Made by a program: the position numbers and the translations under genes. Positions 15,600 to 28,584 of a DNA stretch of 64,000 nt are shown here, piece by piece. Where the stretch lies: contig OZ024758.1 in assembly GCA_964016885.1 (NCBI GenBank), positions 7,130,001 to 7,194,000 on the forward strand, written 5' to 3'. Position 1 is the stretch's first letter. Each line of letters opens with the position of its first letter. Source of the DNA: Eledone cirrhosa (Eukaryota). The notes beneath the pieces are model-generated. The model did no database searches. It was not told the origin of the DNA and saw only the letters and a program-made list of their open reading frames with translations.

Positions 15600-17154
15600 T
15601 AATTTATTCTGGTGTCCTTTGAGTAAATTCATTAGTAGAGGATTAAAAATGTTGTATTAATGAATATCTAAAGGTATCAAGTAATACAAGAAATATTGAT
15701 AATATAATATTGAAGTATTGATTATATATTGTTTAGTGGGACGGTAAAACTGACGACAATGTTAAAAGTAAATCTTTGTAGGAAATAATCCCCACAACAG
15801 ATTATTCAAACTAAAGATCTAGAGTAAATACAGTTTACTCCAATATCAATATGAAATCAGAACAAAGTGTTGTTACAGTAATCGATATTTTGTGCAATAG
15901 TTTCTAATTCTAGTAATACAGGCAAATATGAAGGTCGGCTGAAATGTTCATAAGCTGACCAAGATACTCTCATGGAATGACCAAATGAGGTTTATTTTTT
16001 AACGTAGTTCCGGGAAAGAAATAATGTAGTTATTAATAAGAAGAGTTTAAATTAATGCATGCAAGATTTTACAGCTCTAGCATCACTCATTCATAGGCTG
16101 ACCAAGATACTCTCATGCAATGACCAAATAAGGTTTATTTTTCAACATAGTCCCTGAAAAGAAACAATGCAGTTATCAATAAGAAGAGTTGAAATTAATT
16201 CATGTAAGATTTCACAGCTCTAGTATTACTCCTTCATAGTCAGCCTATAGATTGTTCATTTTATCCATGCATTTCAGATGTGAAGATGGGAAATAACCCG
16301 ATCATAGAAAATCAAGAAAGTTAATAAAATGTAGACATATTGCTTTTGAAATGGGTTTGAAAGATATATTAAATTAAATTAAATTATATAAAAAAAAAAA
16401 ATAAGATGGTTGTATAAAAAGTTGATAAGGGAAAAATTACTAAAGATGTATTAAAGAAATAACAATTATCTATTTAATTAGCAATGCTTCATTATCTTAA
16501 GCAATATGAAAACGATTAAATATAACAGCCTGGAATGAAATATAAAGGTATAATGGAAGTGAAGTTGAGAATAAATACAAGATGAAAACACAAAGCAGAC
16601 GACATGTGATGAACTAGTGCAAAATTGATTGTGTGAATGGCAGAATATGAAAGTAAAAGGACGGCAAACAATAGTGTGACATAAATAAAAACTCCGTGTG
16701 AAAAAAAGCAAAGCATATGTACTTGAAAAAACAAAGAAAGAGAATTTATGAAAAAGAAACTCATTGTGGACAATCATTTTCAGACAAGAGGCTTAAATGA
16801 AGCATTATTGAAAAATAAATCAATGACGGTTTCTTTCACTAACTGGATAAGATTAGAATTTACACAGAATTCACTAAATATTGTAAAAGTTGTCGATCTG
16901 GTTTCATTAGTGTTGATATACTTGAAAAAAAAAAGAATCTTTTCTAGTCTTTACAAAATGTCCACTCAACGTTTTATTAAACTTGCTGTCTTTCTGATAT
17001 TAAGGTTATTAAACAATCTCAGTGATTTTATTTATCTTTATCACATTTACAACTAATAGAAAACAGTCAGAAATAAGGTGAGAGAAAAAAACATAGTAGA
17101 TGGTTGAATGTAAAATGTAATAATAATAAAGTGTTTAGTAATTATCTCTTGTTC

Positions 17155-17295
17155 CTGGGTAGCAAAGGTATATCCTTCTAGATAAGACGCTGGGTAGCAA
17201 AGGTATATCCTTCTAGATAAGACGCTGGGTAGCGAAGGTATATCCTTCTAGATAAGTCGCAAGGTAGCGAAGATGTATCGTTCTAGATAAGACGC
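17155..17295. repeat. 35-bp tandem repeat, 4 copies
   Basis: Unit GGGTAGCAAAGGTATATCCTTCTAGATAAGACGCT. Confidence 0.9.
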
Positions 17296-17431
17296 AAACA
17301 CAAATTCACTCACATTTACAAATCCCTGAAGCTGCCTTTATTAAAAATAAAAGTCTTGTTATTTTGTTAACAAAAATTAAGTTCCAAGCTTAAGGGAAAT
17401 TCAGATGTTTATCTGCAGACAAGGAAATAAC

Positions 17432-17470
17432 TACGGACATGTTTCGGTCTTATTGGACTTCATCAGCATA
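17432..17470 (-). ncRNA. Minimal type I hammerhead (PLE-type)
   Basis: Minus strand TATG-CTGATGA-AGTC-CAATAA-GACC-GAAA-CATG-TC-CGTA; palindromic ACATGT stem III; GUC site. Confidence 0.8.
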
Positions 17471-17959
17471 ACATGGACATAGTCTACTCTAGTCTGAGTT
17501 GATCAGTGGAGAGAAATGTTACGTCCTTTTATCTTCAAAAAGATACTTCGTTGAATTACTATCAACAATGCTGGCCATGCAACTATATTCTATAATTTGA
17601 AATATTGCATCTTCTTGACAGATAAAACAAGTATTAAATTAACACCAGCGATTTATCTTCATCGCCTCTATGAATCGTGTAAGTTTCTGTTCCAATCATC
17701 TATGTGAATCATGTGATCTATGTGAATCATGTGATCTATGTCACATTCAACAAACATGTTTTATCAACGGTGTCATTGAAACTTTAGCTCATATTGCGTT
17801 TCATACTATGCGGTGTGAAAATCTCTATTAACGAGATTGTTATTTTATATCTCAAGCACTTATCTGGACTGATGTTTGCTTTGCACAACATTCATATTTT
17901 CTTTTATCTACGAAGGTCGGCTGAAATGTTCATAGGCTGAAAAGTTCATAAGCTGACCA

Positions 17960-18007
<48 letters not shown>

Positions 18008-18100
18008 GTATAGTATACAATTTTTGTCCCAGGATGATGTTGTTTTCGAAATGCGCATAATATAATATATGGAACTTTTTTAACCATCTTTTAATTTCTT

Positions 18101-18159
<59 letters not shown>

Positions 18160-18163
<4 letters not shown>

Positions 18164-18346
18164 AACCAGTAAAACCCCGACGGCTGAGCTCAAGCCGTTT
18201 CGACGGCTAATTCTCAAATTAGCCGTCGAAACGGCTTGAGCTCAGCCGTCGGGGTCTTACTGGTTCCTATTACCCACTCTACTACCCTAAGTATTGAGTA
18301 CTTTGGTGCGTTATGGTCCACCTGGTTCCTTACCACATTTCCTTCG

Positions 18347-18348
<2 letters not shown>
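18160..18348 (+). mobile_element. Family A palindromic HHR-remnant element
   Basis: About 52-bp inverted arms; each has GAAA-CGGC-TTGAGCTCA-GCCG-TC-GGGG (HHR stem III, GUC site); then the ATTACCCACTCTACTACCCTAAG...TTACCACA tail; (TA)n both sides. Confidence 0.8.
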
Positions 18349-18423
<75 letters not shown>

Positions 18424-18427
18424 TATA

Positions 18428-18485
<58 letters not shown>

Positions 18486-19052
18486 CACTCACATACGATG
18501 GACAGCTGAAAAGTTAATACGCTGACCAATGGAATAACCAAATGAGGTTTATTTTTCAACATAGTCCCTGGAAGGAACACAAGGAAACAATACAGTTATT
18601 AATAAGAAGAGTTGAAGTTAATTGCATGCAAGATTTCACAGCTCTAGCATCACACCTTCATAATCAGCGTATAAACTTTGTAGCCAACTCTTGTATATTT
18701 GAATTATATTCCTTGTTCTTATTTCTCCTTAAGTCATGTTATATTGCATCAGTTTATATTTTTGTAAATACATTGAAATTTAAGATATAAATCAAATATG
18801 TATAAATATATAAAACTCGACACCATCAGATATTGGAATGTATCCTCATAGTGATTCTTTAATATCAAATAATCGTATTTTTTACTCATATATATATCTA
18901 TGTAAACATTTTTTTTTCATTATTAAATAACATCAAAGCATGGTACTAAGAGTTCACAGCAACACATAATCAAATAGAAATCAAATGTGAGCATACTTTT
19001 GATAATTTCTGTTGTCATATATACATGTATATGTATATATACATATATATAT

Positions 19053-19182
<130 letters not shown>

Positions 19183-19463
19183 CTGTATAGCTTAGTGAGC
19201 TTAGGAAAATACATTAATCTTCTTCTTGTAGGAAGTGTATATACGAACAACGAATATTATAGTAATAGTACAATGACATACGTACGTATATTTCTCCATA
19301 ATACAAATGATTATATTCATCAAATACTTACACCTTTCTTTATAAGTATAGAAAGCTAACATCAATACAAATATCTCAACATGTAACAGAATTAGATAAC
19401 AATATAATCATATATATATATTATATATATATATATGTATATATATGTATATATATGTATATA

Positions 19464-19650
19464 TAACGAAGGAGATGTGGTAAGGAACCAGATGGACCAT
19501 AACGCAACAGAGTACTCAATACTTAGGGTAGTAGAGTAGGTAATAGGAAAATGTTTAACCCCGACGGCAGAGCTCAAGCCGTTTCGACGGCTATTTCTAG
19601 ACTGAAATAGCCGTCGAAACGGCTTGAGTTCTGCCGTCGGGGTTACACTT

Positions 19651-19655
<5 letters not shown>
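19464..19655 (-). mobile_element. Family A palindromic element
   Basis: Same structure; centre GACGGCTATTTC-TAGACT-GAAATAGCCGTC. Confidence 0.8.
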
Positions 19656-19748
<93 letters not shown>

Positions 19749-19793
19749 ATATATATATATATATATATACATATATACATATATACATATATG

Positions 19794-19851
<58 letters not shown>

Positions 19852-19879
19852 TATATGTGTGTATATTTATGTGTGTATA

Positions 19880-19924
<45 letters not shown>

Positions 19925-19926
<2 letters not shown>

Positions 19927-20266
19927 GAGTGACTTTTTAGTCCAGCCAGCGACTTGAAAACTCTGGCACAAACTTGTGACAATTATTGACACAGTGCTGG
20001 GCCCATGGTACCATGTGACTACAAGTGCAGAGAGATCTCCAGATATAAAGCAATGCCTGTGCCGTGAAGCTTTTATAGTGAGCAAAGGCACTGCACAAAG
20101 CCAGTCCCACTCTCTTAACCAAGATGATATTTACCAAAAAGAAGAACAAGTCAACATCATTGGATACCATCAGGGTTGCAGGTGTTATATCAGAGTTTTC
20201 CTTCTCCTAGAATTCTGCCTTGACAAAGGCTAAGGGATCATCTCTCCCGGTGATTTTGGATGGCCA
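19925..20266 (-). mobile_element. Partial copy of the RTE-like element
   Basis: Reverse complement of about 25976-26330. Confidence 0.75.
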
Positions 20267-20349
20267 TATACATACATATATACATATATACATATATATA
20301 TACATATATATATACATATATACATATATATATACATACATATATATAT

Positions 20350-20517
20350 AGGAAAAAGTTTAACTCCGACGGCAGAGCTCAAGCCGTTTCGACGGCTATT
20401 TCAGTCCAGAAATAGCCGTCGAAACGGCTTGAGCTCTGCCGTCGGGGTTAAACTTGTTCCAATTACCCACTCTACTACCCTAAGTATTGAGTACTCTGTT
20501 GGGTTATGGTCCATCTG
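20350..20517 (+). mobile_element. Family A palindromic element
   Basis: Centre GACGGCTATTTC-AGTCCA-GAAATAGCCGTC. Confidence 0.8.
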
Positions 20518-20584
<67 letters not shown>

Positions 20585-20915
20585 CAGTAAATTTACTGCA
20601 CCCCAGTAAATTTACTGAAAGGTGGGTGAATGAAGCGAAAATGGCCCGAGTGATTGGGCCTTCTCTGTTTATAGGCCTGTAGGTTGAGGAAGAGAGCAAA
20701 AGGAAGAAAGGAGCACTTGCACAACACGCTCCTTGAGTTGAGGGTTGTTCTATCGACGGGGTATTAAACAACCCATTTGTGGCGCCTCCCCCCTATTGGG
20801 GATTTCGATTGTTGAAATTGTTTGTTTTTATATTTTTTACACGACTGTATGTAAAATCCCCGGCATGTCTTTGTATTGTCCCCTTTCTTGTTGCGCCCTT
20901 GTGGCTAATAAAGAA

Positions 20916-20956
<41 letters not shown>

Positions 20957-21031
20957 CACGTTTTTATTGTATGTAAACTTCCCCCTTTGTATTTGTCCCC
21001 TTCTTTTGTGCCCCTGTGGCTAATAAAGAAA
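20585..21031 (+). mobile_element. LINE 3' end (L1/Tx1-like), with a second short 3' end at about 20957-21031
   Basis: ORF end SKFTERWVNEAKMARVIGPSLFIGL*; UTR ending CCCTTGTGGCTAATAAAGAAA; flanked by (TCTA)n. Clade assignment tentative. Confidence 0.6.
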
Positions 21032-22399
21032 TATATCTATACATATAGTTATAATATATACCTGCTAGTAGTTAAGCGTATAGTTATTTATGCTCACACT
21101 TGACACATTAGTAGAATAGTAAAATAGAAAAAAATTATAGCATCTAAGTCCATTTTATAACAAGATAATACTTTTGTAGTTGTAAATATTTGGAACATGA
21201 AAGAAGAGTAAATTATAGTTTTAGATGAAATATGAAAGAAATATAACTAGCCATTGACATATAGATCCATTATCACATACATACATACACACACATACAC
21301 GCGAACACTGAGAGAGATAGTGTGTGTGTGAGAGAGAGAGAATGTGAGAGACTCACGCACACATCACATACACACTCACACACACAGACACACACACAGA
21401 CTTACACATACACACACACTCACACATACACGCACACAAACAAACGCACACATATATATATGTATGTGTATATGCACACACTCACATAAATAATTGTTTC
21501 TACTATTGGCACAAGGCCAGCAATTATCCCAGTGCATTACTGGTACTTTATTTTATCGACCCCGTAAGGATGAAAGGCAAAGTTAACCTCGGCGGGATTT
21601 GAACTCAGTCCGTAAAGGGACGTAACTGTGCTGCAAAGCATGGCGTCCGACCCTCTACCGATACTGCCAATCCACCGCCCTAACACACTCACATAAATAA
21701 TACGAGCAGGGTAATAGGAAAAACTAGGCAAGATTTGTAGAAATTCGAAGAAACATTTATTATACAATTGGGTGTTTAACACGTGTTCCGATAGAGTTAT
21801 GCAATCGCCAACGAAAGCTGGATTATTACATAATCCATTATCTCGTACTGCGTAGTTTAAATCATGTATATACACAGATACATAATTGATGAATTTATGC
21901 ATGTAAATTTAAATTTAAACAAATATACAAATATATATACATGCATACATTAGATCGACGTACAAGTTAAAGTGGGGACAAACAAACCTAAAAATAGCCA
22001 ATAGAGTGTGTTAGTAAGTCATTAGAAGAAATGATAGTGGCAACAAATAGAGAACTTTGATTGGTCAGAGATTGGTCGTTATGAATGACAAGGGGTGTGG
22101 ATGGATTAAATAGTTAGAAGAAAGATGGCAGCGTAATATATATAATTTATGGAAGGAGATCAAAGGAAGCAAAGATTATAAGGAGATATCGTGGTTGGAG
22201 TTTATAGTTTTGGCTGGTTAATGGCGCCAAGCTACGTATGTAGAAAGAGGTAGAATGGTGACAGGTTGAAATAAAGATATATATATATATGGCTTTAATA
22301 AAAGAGAGATAATGTGGATGTGTATGGATGCTGGAATTATCGTGAAAACAGACGCAGAGATGCGGCATCAAATCCCATCTTAGTATGGATATTATTTTG

Positions 22400-22610
22400 T
22401 AAAGATTCTCACAGTTAAAATTCCTGTTATGCCTCGTTTAACAGGTCGGTTCCAGTCATAATCTGTAATACCTCCACAGAGCAAAGTTTGTAATTCTGTT
22501 TTTCCCTTTGATACGGCAGGGCGAATCATAAAATCGACCACAATAACTCATACCCTATTATGTTTCAAATCCTGAGTGAATGATTTGAACTAGACAATCT
22601 AATTTCCCGA
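22400..22610 (-). pseudogene. Naiad-type PLE GIY-YIG remnant (older)
   Basis: GYELLWSIL*FALPYQREKQNYKLCSVEVLQIMTGTDLLNE. Confidence 0.62.
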
Positions 22611-22892
22611 CAATATGTATTAATTAATGAAGCCATAGGTGAAAATTGTCATAATTTTGAGTGTAAATTGTAAGGTATGACCTTTTAAAAAAATAAAAGA
22701 TCACTTTGGGTGATTATGTTTTACAGGACAGTCATAGAATAACCGGAAGTAAGAGGTTAGTGTATGTACATTGTTGGTTTAGTATTTATTTAATCATATA
22801 GTGTATATATGGGTGTGTTGACACCGTTGTCTCTCTAATATTGTATTGCGAGAGCGTGCATTCACCGAAAACATCAATACATACATACATAT

Positions 22893-22923
<31 letters not shown>

Positions 22924-23111
22924 CATACATATACATATATATATATATATATATAATATAGAAATGGCTTCTACAGGACCAACAGTTCTGGTCCTGTAGA
23001 AGCCATTTCTATATTAAATATTTATACTCTGCTATGTACTGAGAACCTTACTTACTATGGTTACCCCCGATTGAACCCGGGATAAACTTATATATATATA
23101 TATATATATAT

Positions 23112-23378
23112 AACGAAGGAAGTGTGGTAAGGAACCAGGTGGACCATAACGCACCAGAGTACTCGATACTTAGGGTAGTAGAGTGGGTAATAGGAAACTA
23201 GTCAGGACCCCGACGGCTGAGCTCCGGCCGTTTCGACAGCTAGATATGAACTGTTCGGATCTAGCTGCCGAAACGGCCGGAGCTCAGCCGTCGGGGTCCT
23301 AAATCTTTTATTATTTATATATATATTTATATATACTTATTTGTACTGCCTCTCTGTTTTTGTTCCCATCTTAAGTTT

Positions 23379-23383
<5 letters not shown>
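23112..23383 (-). mobile_element. Family A palindromic element with two different outer tails
   Basis: Centre GACAGCTAGAT...ATCTAGCTGCC; the arms diverge after GGGGTCCT. Confidence 0.8.
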
Positions 23384-23419
<36 letters not shown>

Positions 23420-23857
23420 TATATATATATATATCTGTGTGTGTGGACGTGAGGGTGTTTCTGTGGTGTTTATTTCTTTCTTAAATGGCGTGTGTACAGC
23501 GGACGTTTTTAAGGTGTGCATGATTTAGAACCGTGAGTATATATTGTATTGTAAGAGAGCGTATTGGTAGTGTATGCTAGTGTGTATATGGTAGTAGTTA
23601 GTTTATAGATAACAACTGTTGTTTCTTCAATAGAATAGCTTAATGCGGTAACTGACACACAGCAGGAATTTCCACGAATCACTAACTAAAGATCAATATA
23701 ATCCAAATAGACTGGGCAGGTTTACTCTCTAGAGACCTTCATGCAGTTATATATGGTGACGTTGTCCACCATTGTGAGTGACAGCAACACAGATTTCGAG
23801 AAGAGCATTCAGTGTATCCAGAAAAGAATATACGTACGTATTCAAGGTAGCAATTCA

Positions 23858-23931
<74 letters not shown>

Positions 23932-24062
23932 CTGAGGAAATGTGGTAAGGAACCAGGTGGACCATAACGCACCAAAGTACTCAATACTTAGGGTAGTAGA
24001 GTGGGTAATAGGAACCAGTAAGACCCCGACGGCTGAGCTCAAGCCGTTTCGATATATATATA

Positions 24063-24145
<83 letters not shown>

Positions 24146-24296
24146 ATATATATATATACATATATATATATATAGGGTCGTCAGGTATGTAATTCGTAGA
24201 AATTTATAGAAAAACAAAACAAATTTCTACAAATTTCATACTTGACAACCCAATATATAGTTATAATAAATACAAAGACCAAAGTCGAGAGAGGAC

Positions 24297-24447
<151 letters not shown>

Positions 24448-24602
24448 ATTTATATTTATATGAATATATATATATATTTATATATATATATTTATATTTA
24501 TATGAATGTATCTATATGTCTATCGCTCTCTCTCTCTATATATATATACATACACACACACACACACATATATATACATATACACACACACATATATATA
24601 TA

Positions 24603-24635
<33 letters not shown>

Positions 24636-25139
24636 GCACGCATATATATATATATATATATATACATATATATGTCAATATAGATATATATCTGTATGTT
24701 TATGTCTATGGACATTATCTCCGTTTGTAGACAAATTATAGAGAGAAATAATTGTTTCTACTTTTGGCACAAGGCCAGCAATTACCCAGTGCATTACTGG
24801 TACTTTATTTTATCGACCCCGTAAGGATGAAAGGCAAAGTTAACCTCGGCGGGATTTGAACTCAGAATGGCAAGGGCCGTAACTCTATGCGTCGAGGCAT
24901 GGCGTCCGACATTCTACCGATACTGCCAATCCACCGCCCTATAGAGAGAAATAATAATGTAATTTTATACTATTTGCTATCTCTTAAAATATTTAAGGAA
25001 CGATATATCAAGTTTATCAAGATATCTTATATAGTCAGCAAATCATTTCAGTCTGCATAAATATTTTACTAATATGTATGTATGTGTATGTATGTGTGTG
25101 TATGTATGTTGGTATGAATGTATGTATGTACGTACGTAT

Positions 25140-25659
25140 GTCGCTCTCGAGTGCTACTGGTAGCATGTAACCCAGTACAACCTTCCCATTGTCGGGTCGT
25201 CGGCCTCTAAACCGGCAACCCCACCAAGCCTTGTGAGGAGGCTGATATTTGGACAGCCTGCGGTATGAAATAAAAGACCCGGCAAAGCGCAGAGGAACTC
25301 AGCAGAGTCAACGGCCATCCAAATAGTACTTTTATTTTCACATGGGAGTGAAAGGCCCCCAGTTGTTGTCACAACACCTTTCTAGGAGAAGGAAACTCTG
25401 TAAAAAAAAAAAAACCTGCGGCTTCGGAAGCATCCGATGATGTTGACCAGCTCTTCTTTTCAGGTAGTGTTTTCGATGCTCAGAGAGTAGGATTGGTCGA
25501 GTGCAAGGCTTTTCCCCACTTAAAAAACCTTAAAAACACAGGCATTGCTTGTTCAGGGTCTGTTACAGGTTCGTGAGGCTGGCCGTAGCCTAAAAGTGCA
25601 CCAAACTCTATAATCTGACAAGCGATTGCAATACTCTTAGCAGAGTTTGCAGCCATCAT
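25140..25659 (+). mobile_element. Related RTE-like non-autonomous element (second subfamily)
   Basis: Collinear similarity to the 25797 element (CCCAGTACAACC, GGCAACCCCAC, GGCCATCCAAA, CTAGGAGAAGGAAA); ends GCAGCCATC-(ATGT)n. Confidence 0.6.
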
Positions 25660-25796
25660 GTATGTATGTATGCATGTATGTATGTATGTATGTATGCATG
25701 TATGTATGTACGTGCGTACGTATTCCTGCATGCCTGTATGTATGTACGTACGTACGTACGTATGTATGTATGTATGTATGTATGTATGTATGTTAT

Positions 25797-26406
25797 GTCA
25801 GGTCACCACTTGGTGCTGCTGGTAACATGTATCCCAGTACAACCTGTCTCATGGTCGGGTCGTTGGCGACTAAACTGGCAACCCCACTAAGATTTCTTGG
25901 TGAGGAGGGTGACTTTGGACATCCTGCAGGACTAAAAACAAAACCTGTCAAAGGGCAAAGGAGCTCTTAAGAGTCAATGGCCATCCAAAATCACCGGGAG
26001 AGATGACCCCTTAGCCTTTGTCAAGGCAGAATTCTAGGAGAAGGAAAACTCTGATATAACACCTGCAACCCTGATGGTATCCAATGATGTTGACTTGTTC
26101 TTCTTTTTGGTAAATATCATCTTGGTTAAGAGAGTGGGACTGGCTTTGTGCAGTGCCTTTGCTCACTATAAAAGCTTCACGGCACAGGCATTGCTTTGTA
26201 TCTGGAGATCTCTCTGCACTTGTCATTACATGGTACCATGGGCCCAGCACTATGTGTCAATAATTGTCACAAGTGTAGTGTTTGTACCAGAGTTTTCAAG
26301 TTGCTGGCTGGACTAAAAAGTCACACTCGTTCAGCGTATCGGTAGGGGTTCTCCTACATGGATATAAAGTAGTGGCCGTACTCGAAAACGAGTTGGCAGC
26401 CACCAT
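25797..26406 (+). mobile_element. Non-autonomous RTE-like bipartite element
   Basis: GC-rich leader with CTAGGAGAAGGAAAACTCTG; 3' part encodes a C2H2-like remnant C..C.RVFK.LAGLKSH; ends GCAGCCACC-(ATGT)n; near-identical partial copy at 19925-20266 (-). Confidence 0.6.
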
Positions 26407-27076
26407 GTATGTATGTATGTATGTATGTAAGCATGCATACGTATATGTATGTGGTTTTATGTGATTTTATGTTTTTACATATCATAATATCATAATATCA
26501 TAATATCATAATATCATAATATCATTTTATTCTGTTATTAGCTATTAATTATATTTAATCATCGACTTTAGTCCATATCACTTGTTACATGATATTTTGA
26601 AAGTCAATTCTTATTGAATATTGTTTTACACAATAAAAGCAGTCGTAATGTAACAGTGAAAACACTACCAGTTAATATAGACATTGTTAAAATCTATGAT
26701 TAATGGTAGCCACCATGACACCAGTTAACCGATGTCTTAGATACTAATTTTTAATTGTAATTTTTGTATGAAATTTAGATGAATCAGGTGTCGCTAAGAA
26801 AATGGTGTTGTCAGTTTCCTATTTGGAGTTTTAGAATCATTCTCTAGACACTGATTCCAATCTCATAACTCTTACAGGTTTGAACATTTCTCAATATATA
26901 TATAATACACATGGGGTTATAATAGATTGAACTTATACAACACACGTACACACTTTCACACACACACACACACAAACATATACACACACGTACATATACA
27001 CACATACACACACACTCAAACATACACACAATCACATATGCATATACACACATACACACACTGACGCACACGCACG

Positions 27077-27162
<86 letters not shown>

Positions 27163-27314
27163 TATTATATATATAAGACGGTGTTGTAGTTTACTTGAAA
27201 CATTGTGTTAGTATATAAAATAGTTATTCGAGGGCTACGACTATGGATGGTAGATTTTGGAATAAATTGAAGGCAAAGAAGATGTTAATGTGTCACCTGT
27301 TATTTTATTTACCT

Positions 27315-27354
27315 GTCCTAATATTTCGGGACTAAAATCCCTTCATCAAAAGAC
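27315..27354 (-). ncRNA. Degenerate minimal hammerhead (C3>T)
   Basis: Minus strand GTCTT-TTGATGA-AGGGATTTTAGTCCC-GAAA-TA-TT-AGGAC. Confidence 0.55.
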
Positions 27355-27861
27355 TGTGATAAGGAACTGGTTCGAAATTTCTGCTTAAGTTTTTATAGGC
27401 ATGCCATATTTTCAACTAAGCAACTCGTTACCTATACAAGGGCGGTGCCCCAGCATGGCCTCAGCCGGATGGCTGAAACAGGTAAAAGAGAATTTCCACA
27501 ATCTGTTTGGAAAGGGGCATAGTTAATTTCCTGACTACAAGGAATTACCTCCCTTACCAGGATTCTAAAAGTAATTTTGAAACATTGAACCTCCAGAAGC
27601 AACCACCGTTCAGTTGTTTACAGTTGTTTACATATATATATCCATAAGTGGAAGGTTAGTAAAATCGAAGTTATGGCAGGTGGCCAAACCCACGAAGTAA
27701 CAATTAGGTTTGCACGAAGCACTCAATAAGGATGCATGGATAAATCGATAGGCTACACCTTAGAGTAAGTAACATACGTTAGATAGCGTGACAAATTGAA
27801 AACCGCGCCTAGGGGAGACATAGCCACATAATTCGCCAAAACAACGAAAATACAATCAGGT

Positions 27862-27925
<64 letters not shown>

Positions 27926-27999
27926 CTATATTTACTATATTTACTATCCACCAAATTTCAACCGTTGAGGTTGTCTTTTTTTCCGGGTATGTCAATATT

Positions 28000-28102
28000 T
28001 ATTTATAAAACAAATCTGTATTTTATCTGATGAAAGGGCACCATAATTTACCTTGGTCGCCCTTGAAATATATATAATAAAATAAATATGGTTTTATAAA
28101 TA
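28000..28102 (+). ncRNA. Type I hammerhead ribozyme with extended stem I
   Basis: TTTTAT-CTGATGA-AAGGGC-ACCA...TGGT-C-GCCCTT-GAAA-TATATA-TA-ATAAAA; distal stem I TATTTATAAAAC/GTTTTATAAATA beyond an internal loop; between (TA)n tracts. Confidence 0.85.
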
Positions 28103-28137
28103 TAGTTTCCATTTATTAATATATTGTATATATATAT

Positions 28138-28214
<77 letters not shown>

Positions 28215-28279
28215 TATTAGAAAGTGAGTTTTTTTTTTACAAAATGAAAAATAACCGAGGTGTCTTACACGAGTGAAAG

Positions 28280-28523
28280 TATAAAGAAAAAAAGATGAAA
28301 GCGAAAATGCAACTGGAGTCTTATTTAAAAAAAAATATATATATTTATTTGGTTCCTTTACCGGTTTCGCAGTTCTTCAGATGTGAGAAAAACCACAGAC
28401 CCTCCATCTCAACTCTACTTTTGAAAAGCAGAATAACTGCGAAACCGGTAAAGGAACCAAATAAATATATATATTTAAAAAAAAAATAAGACTCCAGTTG
28501 CATTTTCGATTTCATCTTTTTCT

Positions 28524-28530
<7 letters not shown>
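28280..28530. mobile_element. Inverted repeat of HHR 3' half plus tail
   Basis: About 95-bp arms (28280-28374, 28436-28530), each starting AACTGC-GAAA-CCGG-TA-AAGG (palindromic ACCGGT); right arm ends in (TA)n. Confidence 0.75.

Positions 28531-28584
<54 letters not shown>

Noticed and set aside
16690-16800. C2H2 zinc-finger-like remnant (LKKQRKRIYEKETHCGQSFSDK)
   Set aside because: Lacks paired Cys/His ligands and is bounded by stops; too weak to call.
28355-28385. Minus-strand CTGAAGA-ACTGC-GAAACCGGTA as a complete hammerhead
   Set aside because: Only 5 nt between the core boxes and no stem I pairing; treated as a truncated 3' half.
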